From Chara braunii (Eukaryota; Plantae; Charophyceae), in the NCBI GenBank assembly GCA_003427395.1, contig BFEA01000006.1, positions 2,684,515 through 2,748,514 on the forward strand: a stretch of 64,000 nt of DNA. Direction: 5' to 3'. Of this stretch, positions 1-11,760 are shown one piece after another. The position numbers were made by a program, and so were the translations under genes. Under the pieces are notes generated by a model. That model was not told the origin of the DNA. It saw only the letters and a program-made list of their open reading frames with translations, and made no database searches. Every line of letters begins with the position of its first letter. Position 1 is the stretch's first letter.

Positions 1-1084
1 CAGGATCTCACGGCTCACGACGTGCGCGTGGGAATGAGGCTGTGGGAGCTGGTTGGGGAGAGGAAGGGAGGAGGGACGTGAGAGTTGGGAGGAGGAGGTC
101 CTACTCCTCCCAAACTGACAACTACCCTCCTCGTTTTCACGGCAGGGCAGAGCAAAAGGTGGAGAGTTGTTGCATAGAACAGGACGCACCTGGCTGAGGT
201 AAGAACCAGGTGCAGTAAAAATTAGAAGTTAGTTTTTTTTACTTTTCTTTTGTTATTTTCTTTATTTTGTGTGAGGACACTTGTCCTCACGTGGTGCTAC
301 CTCTGGCAGAAGTTGCCAGAGGTAACTGTCAGGCTCCCGTTTTTTAAGGGAGCCTGAAATTTGAAGGATCATAAAGGAAAAAGGCTAAGTACACTCTTTT
401 CCCCGATGTATCTGCCCAGGAAAAAGGGTCCGGATACATCAAACTGAAACGGGTTGTATCTTTTCAACCCCTTATCAGAAAAAAAAAAAAAAAAACAGTT
501 TTGGAAATGGTAGGAGCCCAGTTATCTCGTGAGATTTCAAGATAGCTGGGAAAAAGAAAAGAAAAAATAAAATAGGGCAGTTAAAGCAACTGCTTCACAC
601 TAAGGCTGTGGTTGTGGTGCGGCCACAGTTAGCCCTGGATCTTGGCCAGATTAAGGGCTCATTGTGAGCCCGCGATTTTGCCTGGGGGCTGGAGTGACGT
701 CCAACCCTTCTTTGCCACTATAAAACTGGCAGTTGTCCCCCAGCTACCACACAAAACACTCGTGCTGTTATTGAGTGACATGCGCACTTGAGTGTTGCTT
801 GGCTGCTGGGAGGCTGCCANAGGCAACGTGGGAGAAGGACTGGAGTTCTGNAGAGGAGNGCNCGAGGAGGAGTTGGGCAGCCATATCCAAGGCAGGGAAC
901 ACTCTNTTCCCCNCCCCTTTGACTGGTGCTGGTCCCACGGGACGGACCCAGGGACATTGCGGGGCTACGACAGTGCGGCAAAGTGGAATTTGGGCTTGGG
1001 GCCNAAATTTNACTAATTTTGCCTNCCATTTTTCCACTACGGTGGGGAAGTGCTGCCAAAATTTTACANCNGCAGGGCGGCGNC

Positions 1085-1445
1085 ACTTTGTCTGACGGCG
1101 GTGGTGCGGAAGCACTGTCGAATTTCTGCAGCGGCGGCACTGAGTTTGACGGCGGTGGTGCGGAAGCGCTGCCGAATTTCTGCGGGGGCGGCACTGAGTT
1201 TGACAGCGGTGGTGCGGAAGCGCTGTCGAATTTTTGCGGCGGCAACACTGAGTTTGACAGGCGGAGGTACGGAAGCGCTGGAAAATTTTTGCGGCGGTGG
1301 CACTAAGTCCGACGACGGTGGTGCAGAAGCGCTGTTGAATTTTTGCGGCGGCGGCACTGAGTTTGACGGCGGTAGTGCGGAGCACTGTCGAATTTAGCAG
1401 CACTAAGTTTGTCGGCGGTGGTGTGGAAGTGTTGTCGAATTTCTT
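1085..1445. repeat. 54-bp GC-rich tandem repeat, ~6.5 copies
   Basis: Unit gacggcggtggtgcggaagcgctgtcgaatttttgcggcggcggcactgagttt starts at 1094, 1148, 1202, 1256, 1310 and 1364. It explains the repetitive ORFs in all frames here. Confidence 0.9.
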
Positions 1446-2860
1446 CACAACGACGNCACAGGATTTACGACAGTGTCAGTGGTATTTTTGCGTTGAGCAA
1501 TAACTGGGCATTGGTGCAGTGAAGGTGCCACTAGAGTAGTGTATTTTGAGGTAGCGTGGACTTAACGGCGCAGTAACGCCGTGACNGCNGAAGTAATTGG
1601 CAGCCACGCTTACTGAAAAATAAGTGAGGGGGTGCTGTGGCAGGNGGTCNCAGCAAGAGAGTGGTGTCGATCACTTTGNTGATGACTGGNGACGACTACC
1701 TTCACGTNAAAAGGGGCGTACTTCTATACNGTCTTCTTGAGTGTACCGTACAACTTCAGTCAAGGTCAGTGGACAGTCAGTTTGACTNAGACCCTTTTCA
1801 CGCCTGAGTGAANCCACACTTTGCTCGACCCTGTTCTTTGAACGTTCATTGAAAGGTAGAGGAAATGTGTGTTGGNNCGTGTGAATGTGAGTCTNACCTG
1901 AGTTTGGGTTTGCACTGTTTCTTTTGTTGAACTTGTCCTCTGATTCGACTGCAGGTGTAGCTTATTGAAATAGAAGTGGATCGACCTTGAGATGACTAAT
2001 GTTTGGTTGTTCTCACTTCTCGACACTTGTATGTANATGNCAAACCGAAAAGAGGAAAAAAAACGACGAAAAAATAAAGCGATCACTAAGAAGAAAAACG
2101 TGAATGGACGTAGATTTTTCCCAAGGTCACCGTTTTTTTCCCGGATGACCCTCACCGTCAATGCCCGTCCGTCTGAATGATTTTTCCTTCTGTGATCATT
2201 TTTCGTCTAAGTTGTTTTCGGCGTCAGGCGGCAAGAGGTTGTTTGCTCACCGTGGTAAATTTCTTTCCTTTTTCTAAGAGGCATCTGAGGCGGCGGTTCG
2301 TTGCCTTAGGGGTCGGCCCTGCTATCGACTCGGAGTGGATCGCTCTGCGGGGGGGTACCATGCTGTTGTGGTGGAGTTAGCCCAACTTCTGAGATCCAAG
2401 GTTATCTCGGGCGAGGACGAGGGGTATCCCAGACCACCTCTTAGGGGAAGGACAGACGTATATTCACGAAAATACCTCTAAAATTATTATCGTCTCGCGT
2501 AAGGAATTACTGTTGTAGTGTACCCTTCTGGTGGCCATAGTAAGAGTCACTGACGCATGGGGAACTAGTGCCTTGAGCAGACTAGTTCGTGTCATACTAG
2601 TTTAGGCAAAGCGCAGTTAGGCACTCTTATCGCGGATGACTGTGCCAGAAGAAGCACGAACCAGTGGGAAGGATAATGCGTAAATAATACTCAGTAGCAG
2701 AAATTTTAACGTAACTATTCTCGTTTTTTTTTCTTCAGATGACGACAGGGACGACGGTCTGTTATCTTTTCCGCAATCGTGACACAGCGGCGGAATGGGT
2801 CGATTCCCAAAGACATGATAGAGAAAGAGTAGAGAGTAGGGCGAGTCGTCTATAATCCGT

Positions 2861-3250
2861 ATGAATTATACTAAGAGGAGGATGTTTCAACGATTCTGGA
2901 ATGGAAGTGTGCGGAATCCTTCTAGGCGACTCATTTTCAGATCAAGAGCCGGACTGGGCATTCTTCACTACGAGTTCGCACCGCCACGACCCGATCACGA
3001 CTTCGCCAGCATGAACTTAGTGGTGATGCAACCATATGAGATAAACCCTCGAATTGACGAAATTTTTGAGATAAGGCTGATGTTCGTCCGTTCCGTACTT
3101 TTGTTAAACGAACGACAGAGACCTTTATTTGGCATATATTATACAAGGAGAGTACGGGCGAATAGGTTCATCATTCTACGAGTTGAACCATTCTCAAAGT
3201 ATGCTTGGCAAGATGAGGAGGACGAACTCATAGAACGATTACTCAACTAA
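2861..3250 (+). CDS. Hypothetical 129-aa Arg-rich protein
   Basis: Intact ATG-started ORF with protein-like composition; its stop overlaps the next ATG (TAATG); near-identical in the mirror copy; no family recognised. Confidence 0.4.
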   Translation: MNYTKRRMFQRFWNGSVRNPSRRLIFRSRAGLGILHYEFAPPRPDHDFASMNLVVMQPYEINPRIDEIFEIRLMFVRSVLLLNERQRPLFGIYYTRRVRANRFIILRVEPFSKYAWQDEEDELIERLLN

Positions 3251-3825
3251 TGAAGTTTTGTTCTGATACGCAGATGCCTGGAGCTCGACGAGACATGACC
3301 ATCCCGAGGTGCCTGCTGGTTCGTGATACGATTGAGGACGATCTCATCAGAGGAGCAGAGAAACTTTTACGAGTTCGAGATGGTTCTCCCACGGAATGGA
3401 TCGGCTTCATCGGCCTACTCCGAAATGGAGAGGGATTTTTCCCTAGCACTCGCACAAATTTTCGGGCAAACACGGCTCAAACTTCCGAGGAGTCTTATGG
3501 ATACACATTGTATTTTCACCGTGTGAGTAATCTCGAATGTCTCTCCCGAGTCATTGTGAGTATTAGGATTACCTCGTTCGGTAGACGCTTCGGCGTCATT
3601 CGGACCGAGGACACAGAGACCCGACGTTTACTTGGACTTAGTCGGCCTCTGCGAGTCATAGTTTGGAGGTTAGCCTCACGGATGACCTTTTTCTATGATA
3701 CTCAAGTTATTAGAGTCATGCGAGGTGGACGGAGGGCTACCCTAACATTCGATGACAGCGAGCTTGCGCGATTGGATTCATTGGAGGCTCAGACGCTCGG
3801 AGAACGAAAGATTTACTTGGGATAG
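3250..3825 (+). CDS. Hypothetical 191-aa protein
   Basis: Intact, non-repetitive ORF with the same translation as mirror copy 61848-62423; no family recognised. Confidence 0.45.
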   Translation: MKFCSDTQMPGARRDMTIPRCLLVRDTIEDDLIRGAEKLLRVRDGSPTEWIGFIGLLRNGEGFFPSTRTNFRANTAQTSEESYGYTLYFHRVSNLECLSRVIVSIRITSFGRRFGVIRTEDTETRRLLGLSRPLRVIVWRLASRMTFFYDTQVIRVMRGGRRATLTFDDSELARLDSLEAQTLGERKIYLG

Positions 3826-4055
3826 ACACCGTTGTCTAATATCAAACTTGGATTTCAGATAACATCTATGCATTGAATTGTCTTGTTGAGGAAGTCATAT
3901 GACTTATGATTGCACGAGGTAATCATAACACACAAAACAGAAATACATTATGTAGATAGGACCGCCAGACGGATAGTATCTGGATTACCTCGATGATGGC
4001 ATTATCATGCTTATGCATTGAGGGGTAACCACATGCGTAACCACATGTGTAACCA

Positions 4056-4093
4056 CTGTCTCTTATACACATCTAGATGTGTATAAGAGACAG
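4056..4093. other. Nextera mate-pair junction adapter (assembly artefact)
   Basis: Exact CTGTCTCTTATACACATCT+AGATGTGTATAAGAGACAG, flanked by duplicated genomic sequence and absent from the mirror arm (~61600-61650). Confidence 0.98.
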
Positions 4094-4509
4094 CCACATG
4101 CGTAACCACATGTGTAACCACATGCGTAAAAACGCATGTCAGAAGCAAGAAGGAGACTATAGGGCAGGTGGGGTCGAACCGAGAGTTCAAACTTCGACCA
4201 GGAACCCAATCACTTGTTGATCTGCATGGTAGCAGTGGTATTTAGTTGCTGGAGCTAACCATGACAAGTTTCTGTAGGCATGATGTTGTCCTAAATTCAA
4301 ATTAGGAAAAAGTCTGACTTTAGCTTAAAAAGCTTGAAAAAGGAAAACTATGTGTCGACCATATTGACAACGAGTAGGAAAGCACGATAGCATGATCCTT
4401 TTCGTCATACAAAACCTTTTAAAGAATTGTTACTCTAATTGTTGAACTGTTTGATTTAAAAGAGTGACTTCATATGTATCATTCTTGATGATTTCGTCTG
4501 AAGAAATTT

Positions 4510-4566
4510 TATATATATATACATATATATATATATGTATATATATATATGTATACATATATGTAT
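4510..4566. repeat. (TA)n microsatellite, imperfect
   Basis: Direct reading; shorter in the mirror copy (~61204-61228). Confidence 0.9.
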
Positions 4567-4689
4567 GAGGAAATTACGTGCAAGGGACTAAAGTCAAGTT
4601 GTTGTTGGTTTCTATACTTAACTTAAACCGCTCTAGTCGACTGACGTACACTTCATCCTTAGAAGATCAGCGCCCTAAGTGACGGACGG

Positions 4690-4935
4690 TGTTCGGGCTC
4701 AACAGGCGTTCAATCACGTATAGCTATCCTACAGCGCGCGAGCAAACGCCCTTGGTTGACCCACCTCTGCAACTGCAAGTAAAAGCTTTCGCATGTGGGT
4801 TAGTAACTCGGTAGGGATACGCCCCTAAGGGTGGTAACAACCCCTTAGGGAAGCAAGCTTATGCCCCGTGGGAACCTGTCCTGTCATAGGGAACCGCAGG
4901 ATGTACAGCTGGCGCATCCGGCTAGAGCGGCGAAG
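4690..4935 (+). ncRNA. Candidate structured RNA, variant 1 (homologous to 14885-15145)
   Basis: Stems ggcgtt/aacgcc, ttgacccac/gtgggttag and ccctaaggg-[tggtaacaac]-cccttaggg; compensatory differences relative to variant 2. Strand is inferred. Confidence 0.5.
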
Positions 4936-5277
4936 GGACGACGCGACCGCGCACCGCCTNGGCGGCTCGNGGNAACTATTTCACGCNGTCTCCANGTTGT
5001 CTCCGTGTTTTNTTTTAATGTGTAACTCGGGCGTGACGTGGCCGGGAGNGCCCTCGCTCGCGCGGNGGCCGATGCGCTCGACAATGTGACACTACACACC
5101 TCCCCTATAGCCAGTCCCTTCCCTCTGAAGACGAAAGAAGCACATAACGACACACGTACTTGCGCGCTACGAGACAAGACCAAAACCCGATGCTTTGCAA
5201 CCTCACCCCCAACAGCGTGCACAATCCTACAATGACAAGCACACTGGTACAGACCCACCCCCAAGTGTACTACACCT

Positions 5278-5931
5278 ATGCGAGTACTACACCCCACATC
5301 CTTTCTCCTCTCTCCCAAGCAATCCTACTACTCGCTTACACCCACTCCCNCNAAAAAAANGAACGAATTTTCTCTTNCCCTCCNAAAAATACACCCACCC
5401 CCCTCACTCAGAACGCACATTGGCAGGTACATACTCCTCACTCGACTGCGTGAAAACGTTTGTTCCATAACATACCCCTTCGCTCACCTTAAAAAAACAT
5501 TCCTACCACTAGCTTACACCCTCCAACATATACACATGGCTTCCTCCCCCTCCCAAATTGCTGCTAATGCGTGCACCCCCATCATACCCCCTCTAATCCT
5601 AGCCCGTACAATGGCATGCTACGCTATACAATTATGGCTCGCACGCCCATATCCTCCCATACGCTATATCGAGCGCCCTGGAGTACGACTGAGAATACAA
5701 CCGCACGCATCTTCGTGTTACACCGCTGCAGCGCCAGCTTGTACTCTAGACTCCATCGCCCCTCACCACGAGTCCCCTTTGTCTCCCTTCTCGCACGAGC
5801 ACTCTTGCTCGCGAGCTACATTGGGTACCTCAACTCGGTCGGACGCAATACAGTGCCCCGTGCACTGTGCTTACACTGTAAGCACTGACATTGTGCTGCA
5901 CGACAACTACTCCAGCTATGGCGGCAACTGA
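5278..5931 (+). pseudogene. Possible highly decayed Penelope-like element 3' region (RT thumb-like segment)
   Basis: KKTN...HP...RLRENVCS....F..LKKTFLPLAY...I loosely resembles the PLE thumb pattern KPT...HP...RLRRICS...F..GY. A/C-rich strand, with a hammerhead 170 bp downstream. Motif spacing is imperfect. Confidence 0.25.
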
Positions 5932-6100
5932 CCTTCCGGCGATACCGACCCTGACAACTCAGGTAAGACTCTCTAACTATATCTCCCCCAAATGCCTATT
6001 ATGCTTCACCATGCTACCCCGTACGCCTTGCTCCCAACCGCCCCCCCCCCCAACGACTTTTTTTCCCACCCATTCCTAACAGGAGCCTTACTAAGCTAAC

Positions 6101-6151
6101 CCCTCTGATGAGCTGCTATGGGTGTTAGGCGGTGAAAAGCGCGCTTAAGGG
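6101..6151 (+). ncRNA. Type I hammerhead ribozyme (minimal, palindromic stem III)
   Basis: CCCT-CTGATGA(6105-6111)-stem II gctgc/gcggt-GAAA(6134-6137)-AGCGCGCT-T-A(6147, predicted cleavage)-AGGG. Core nucleotides are present in the correct order; the stem II closing pair is G-U rather than G-C. Confidence 0.75.
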
Positions 6152-6595
6152 CGTGCACCCCCCCTATGGTTGGGTTCTTATACCCTTTCTAACCTGTGCT
6201 AATCCACTAACACTAATTCCTAAACTGCTCCTAAAACTGACATCCTGTTGTGTTAATCTTGTACCTAACTAAAGAACAAAATGGCTATGTCTAATGTCCC
6301 ATACTCTGGGATAGCTGTGTTTTTACACAAAATCCCCCCCACACACATGCTCACACACACACACACACAAACACAAGTGTAAGGTGTATGTTTCCATGTT
6401 CTAGAGGAATATTTATTCGATTTTGGTCATTTCTTTAATTTACTTTATTATTATTACTATTATTCTTATTTCGTCAAATGCACCAAAGAAAAACCCTACG
6501 ACTAAACCTTACAATACAACCACCACCAACAACCCTCAAGTTCAACAATTCAAAAAAAAAAAAAAAAAAACTAAATCATTAAAAAACAACGTTAC

Positions 6596-6599
<4 letters not shown>

Positions 6600-6664
<65 letters not shown>

Positions 6665-6670
6665 TCTCTC
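6600..6670. repeat. (CT)n microsatellite
   Basis: Direct reading; mirror (AG)n at ~59106-59179. Confidence 0.95.
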
Positions 6671-7619
6671 CCTGAACAAATTACGGGTTCCACACCCGTG
6701 CGTTCATGGTAAGTGAATGAGAGTAGTGGACCGAGGCCCATGAAGTGAAGTAAGGGTCTCACCACACCACTTCCGATTGTTGAAAAAAAATTGGAAGAGC
6801 CCTCGCCACACCACTCCCGAGTCCTCGAAAGTTTTGGGATGGAGTGTTCTTGAATATCAATGTCGAAGGGTTTCACTGCTCTCAAAATGTGCAAACGTAA
6901 TCCTACGGTAAAACCTGAAAAGATACATTGCATCCAACGACGTACCTCATTTCGTAAGGCTCGTAAGCGTCGTTCATGAGGACGTGGGTTCAGTACTCTT
7001 TGCCCTCATGTGCCTTGTTGGGCATGCCTGACGCCCTTCACCCCTACCGATAGACTACTAGATCCCCCGATCGGCATTGAGCAGAGTCTTCTGATGTTCG
7101 TAGGGGAGGGGACATGGGGCCAAGTCCCACCAGCAGCATTGAGTTTCCTCAACGCCTGAATCTGAATTTGTTTGTGGAGATGTGAAAAAAATCACGTTGA
7201 GTTTCCTCAACCGCACCTCCCTACAAACAGTTATTTTTTTTCATAAAAAAAAATGGATCCTTATAGGGCTTCTTATCAAAGCTGAAAAAGAAGGAGGCCG
7301 GGGACCTCACAATTCAACCCAGAAGACAGGAGTGGGGAATATCTAGGCACTGAGAATGCCAAATCCAGACCGTGATCTTGAAACCCCATTCCTATCAAAC
7401 AACTAGCACAAGCCATAAAACTACAAGCGGTTATCACCTACCTGAAATTTCAGGAATGAAAAAGGTGAAGTGAGAATTTTTTTGTGTTTTCTTTGGCCTG
7501 AATTCAGGGTGGGAGATGTGTTCTTCATGGTGAAAAAGGAAGCTGCGATGATGAATGGGGGTTGTGAGGTTGTGTTGTTCATTAGGTTAAATGTATCTAG
7601 GCGAGGCATTTTAGGGGAG

Positions 7620-10600
7620 GGGTTTACATTAATTTCACGACCTCACTTTTTTCACAGCTTTCAGAGTCTCAAGAGGAGGGAGGGGCCAATTTAAGGACTT
7701 TACTAATTTCACCTAGGCGAGGCTATTTTAGAGAGAGACCTACATCAATTTCACCACTTAACTTTTTTCACAACTTTCAGGGTCTCAAGGGGAGGGCGGG
7801 GGCAATTTCATGACTTCACTAATTTCACATAGGCGAGGCAACTCACAGACCTTTACTACTTTCACCACTTCAGTACGTTCACATCTTTCACCATCATGCA
7901 AGCCCAGAGAAAGGAGGCCCGAAGGGCAATTACAGGCCTTCACCACTTTCACCACTTAAGTACGTTCACATCTTTCACCATCATGCAAACCAAGAGAAAG
8001 AAGGGTCGATGAGCAATTTCAGACCTTCACTAATTTCACCACTTCACTACGTTCACATATTTCACCATCGTCCAAACCAAGAGAAAGGAGAGGCGAGGGG
8101 CTATTTCCTAACTTCACTACTTTCACCACTTCAGTGCGTTCACAATCTTCACTACCATCCAAGCAAGGGGGGTGGAGGATGGAAGGGGCAATTTCAGGCC
8201 TTCACAAATTTCACCACTTCAGTTCGTTCACAATCTTCACTACCGTCCAAGCAAGGGAAGTGGAGGATGGAATGAACAATTTCATGCGTTCACCGATTTC
8301 ACAACTACAGTTCTTTCACATCTTTCACTACTGTCCAAACAACAAGGAGGAGGGACGGAAGGGGCAATTTCATACCTTCACAAGTTTCAGGCCTTCACGA
8401 ACTTCACCACTTTGCTTAGACGGTAGTGAAGGTTGTGAAAGAACTAAAGTGGTGAAATCGGTGAAGGTATGAAATTGCCCTTTTGATCCTCCATCCCCCT
8501 TGTTTGGACGGTACTGAAAATTGTGAACTAACTGAAGTGATGAAATTTGTGAAGGTCTGAAATTGCCCATTCCGTCCTCCACTCCCCTTGCTTGAACGGT
8601 AGTCAAGATTGTGAACGAACTGAAGTAGTCAAATTTGTGAAGGCATGACATTGCCCCTTCCGTCCCCCCCCCTTGTTGCTTGGACGGTAGTGAAGGTTGT
8701 GAAGGAACTAAAGTGGTAAAATCCTTGCAGGCCTGAAATTGCCCCTTCCATCCTCCACCCCCCTTGCTCGGACGATAGTGAAGATTGTGAACGAACTGAA
8801 GTGGTGAAATTTGTGCAGACCTGAAATTACCCCTTCCGTCCTCCATCCCCCTTGCTTGGACGATAGTAAAGAATGTGAATGAACTGAAGTGGTGAAATTT
8901 GTGAAGGCCTGAAATGTTTCTTTCCATCCTCCACCCCCTTGGTTTGGACGACAGTAAAGATTGTGAACGAACGAAAGTGGTGAAATTTGTGAAGGTCTGA
9001 AATTGCCCCTTCCGTCCTTCCCCCCTGTTGCTTGGACATTAGTGAAGGTTGTGAAGGAACTGGAGTGGTGAAATCGGTGAAGGCATGAAATTGTCCCTTC
9101 TGTCCCCCCCCCTCTTGGTTGCTTAAACGGTAGTGAAGGTTGTCAAGGAACTGAAGTGGTGAAATCGGTGAAGGCATGAAATTGTCTCTTTCATCCTCCA
9201 ACCCCCTTGATTGGATGGCAGTGAAGACTGTGAATGAACTGAAGTGGTAAAATTTGTAAAGGCCTGAAATATTCCCTTTCATTCTGGCCCCCCTGACGTG
9301 GACGGTAGTGAAGACTGTGAACGAACTGAATGGTAAAATTTGTAAAGGTCTAAAATTGCCTCTTCCGTCCTTCCCCCTTGTTGCTTGTACAATAGTGAAG
9401 GTTGTGAAGGAACTGTAGTGGTGAAATCAGTGAAGGCATGAAATTGGCTCCCCCCGTCCCCCCCTCCTATACAGACGATAGTGAAAGATGTGGTGAAACT
9501 GAAGTGGTAAAATCGGTGAAGGCATGAAATTGCCCCTTCCATCCTCCACCCCCCTTGCTTGGACGGTAGTGAAGATTGTGAATGAACTTAAGTTGTAAAA
9601 TTTGTGAAGGTCTGAAATTGCTCATTCCGTCCCCCTCCCCCCTTGCTTGGACGGTAGTGAAGATTATGAACGAACTGAAGTGGTGAAATTTGTGAAGGCA
9701 TGAAATTGCCCCTTCCGTCCCCCCCCCCCCTGTTGCTTGGACGGTAGTGAAGGTTGTGAAGGAACTGAAGTGGTGAAATCCGTGAAGGCATGAAATTGCC
9801 CCTTCTATCCTCCACCCCCCTTGTTTGGACGGTAGTGAAGATTGTAAATGAACTGAAGTGGTGAAATTTGTGAAGGTCTGAAATTGCCCCTTCCGTCCCC
9901 CCCTCCCTGTTGCTTAGACGGTAGTGAAGGTTGTGAAGGAACTGAAGTGGTGAAATCGGTGAACGCATGGGATTGCCCCTTCCATCCTCCACCCCACTTA
10001 GTTGGATGGTAGTGAAGACTGTGAATGAACTAAAGTGCTGAAATTTGTGAAGGCCTGAAATGTTCCCTTTCATCCTCCACCCCCCTTGCTTGGACGGTAG
10101 TGAAGATTGTGAACGAACTTAAGTGGTGAAATTTGTGAATGCATGAAATTGCCCCTTCCGTTCTTCCCCCCTGTTGCTTGGACAGTTGTGAAGGTTGTGA
10201 AGCAACTGACGTGGTGAAATCGGTAAAGGCATGAAATTGCCCCCCCCCCCCCGGCCCCTCCTACATAGACGATAGTGAAAAATGTGAAGGAACTGAACTG
10301 GTGAAATCGGTAAAGGCATGAAATTGCCCCTTCCATCCTCCACCCCCCTTGCTTGGACGGTAGTGAAGAATGTAAATGAACTGAACTGGTGAAATTTGTG
10401 AAGGTCTGAAATGTTTCTTTTTATCCTCCACCCCCTTGGTTTGGACGGCAGTAAAGATAGTGAACGAACGAAAGTGGTGAAATTTGTGATGGTCTGAAAT
10501 TGCCCCTTTCGTCCTTCCCCCCTGTTGCTTGGACATTAGTGAAGGTTGTGAAGGAACTGGAGTGGTGAAATCGGTGAAGGCATGAAATTCCCCCTCCCCC

Positions 10601-11760
10601 GCCCCCTCCTATATAGACGATAATGAAAGATGTGAAGGAACTCAAGTGGTGAAATTTGTGAAGACCTGAAATCGCCCCTTCCGTCCTCCCCCCCTCTTGC
10701 TTGGACGGTAGAGAAGGTTGTGAAGGAATTGAAGTGGTGAAATCCGTGAAGGCCTGAAATTGTCACTTCCATCCTCCACCCCCCTTGCTTGACCATAGTA
10801 AAGATTGTGAACGAAATGAAGTGGTGAAATCTGTGAATGCCTGAAATTGCCCCTTCCGTCCTACTCCCCTATAGCTTGGACGGTAGTAAAGGTTGTGAAG
10901 GAACTGAAGTGGTGAAATTGATGAAGACATGAAATTGCCCCCCCCTTCCCCCCCCTTCTATATAGACGACAGTGAAAGATGTGAAGAAATTGAAGTGGTG
11001 AAATTCGTGAAGGCCTGAAATTGCCCCTTCCGTCCTTCCCCCGTCTTTCCTGGACGGTAGTGAAGGTTGTGAAGGAACTGAACTGGTGAAATCCATGAAA
11101 GCCTGAAATCGTCACTTCCATCCTCCACCCCCTTTGCTTGGACGACAGTGAAGATTGTGAACGAACTGAAGTGGTGAAATTTGTGAAGGCCTGAAATTGT
11201 CCCTTTCGTCCTCCCCCATGTTGCTTGGACGGTAGTGAAGGTTGTGAAGGAGCTGAAGTGGTGAAATCGGTGAAGGCATGAAGCCCCCCCCCCCCCCCCC
11301 CCCCCCCCCNCCCCCCCCCCCCCCCCCCTCCTACATAGACCAAAGTGAAAGATGTGAAGAAACTGAAGTGGTAAAATTTGTGAAAGTCTGAAACTGCCGC
11401 TTCCGTCCTCCCCCCATGTTGCTTGGATGGTAGTAAAGGTTGTGAAGAAACAGAAGTGGTGAAATCGGTGAAGACATGAAATTGTCGCCCCTCTCCTACA
11501 TAGACGATAGTGAAAGATGTGAAGAAACTGAAGTGGTGAAATTCGTAAAGGCTTGAAATTTCCCTTCCGTCCTTTCCCCCTGTTGCTTGGACGGTAGTGA
11601 AGGTTGTGATGGAACTGAAGTGGTGAAATCGGTGAAGGCATGAAATTGTCTTTTCCGTTTTTCCCCCCTTCCTTGCTTGGACGGTAGTGAAGGTTGTCAA
11701 CGGTGAAATGTTTGAAGGTCTGAAATTGCCCGTTCCGTCCTCCTCCCCTCTTCGTGAACG
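7620..11760. repeat. ~88-90-bp tandem satellite (~45 units) with orientation flip near 8410
   Basis: Unit like aatttcaccacttcagttcgttcacaatcttcactaccgtccaagcaaggggggtggaggatggaaggggcaatttcaggccttcaca. gtggtgaaat recurs at 8801, 8889 and 8977. Confidence 0.95.

Noticed and set aside
718-1448. Pro/Gly-rich repeat proteins
   Set aside because: Open in several frames on both strands because of the 54-bp GC-rich repeat.
1035-1541. CACTA-type element (CACTAC...GTAGTG around tandem repeats)
   Set aside because: The terminal match is only 6 bp and there is no 3-bp target duplication (ttc vs tat).
4056-4093. Perfect 38-bp palindrome resembling Tn5 mosaic ends (also 40882-40919)
   Set aside because: It is the Nextera mate-pair junction adapter, a library artefact rather than a transposon.
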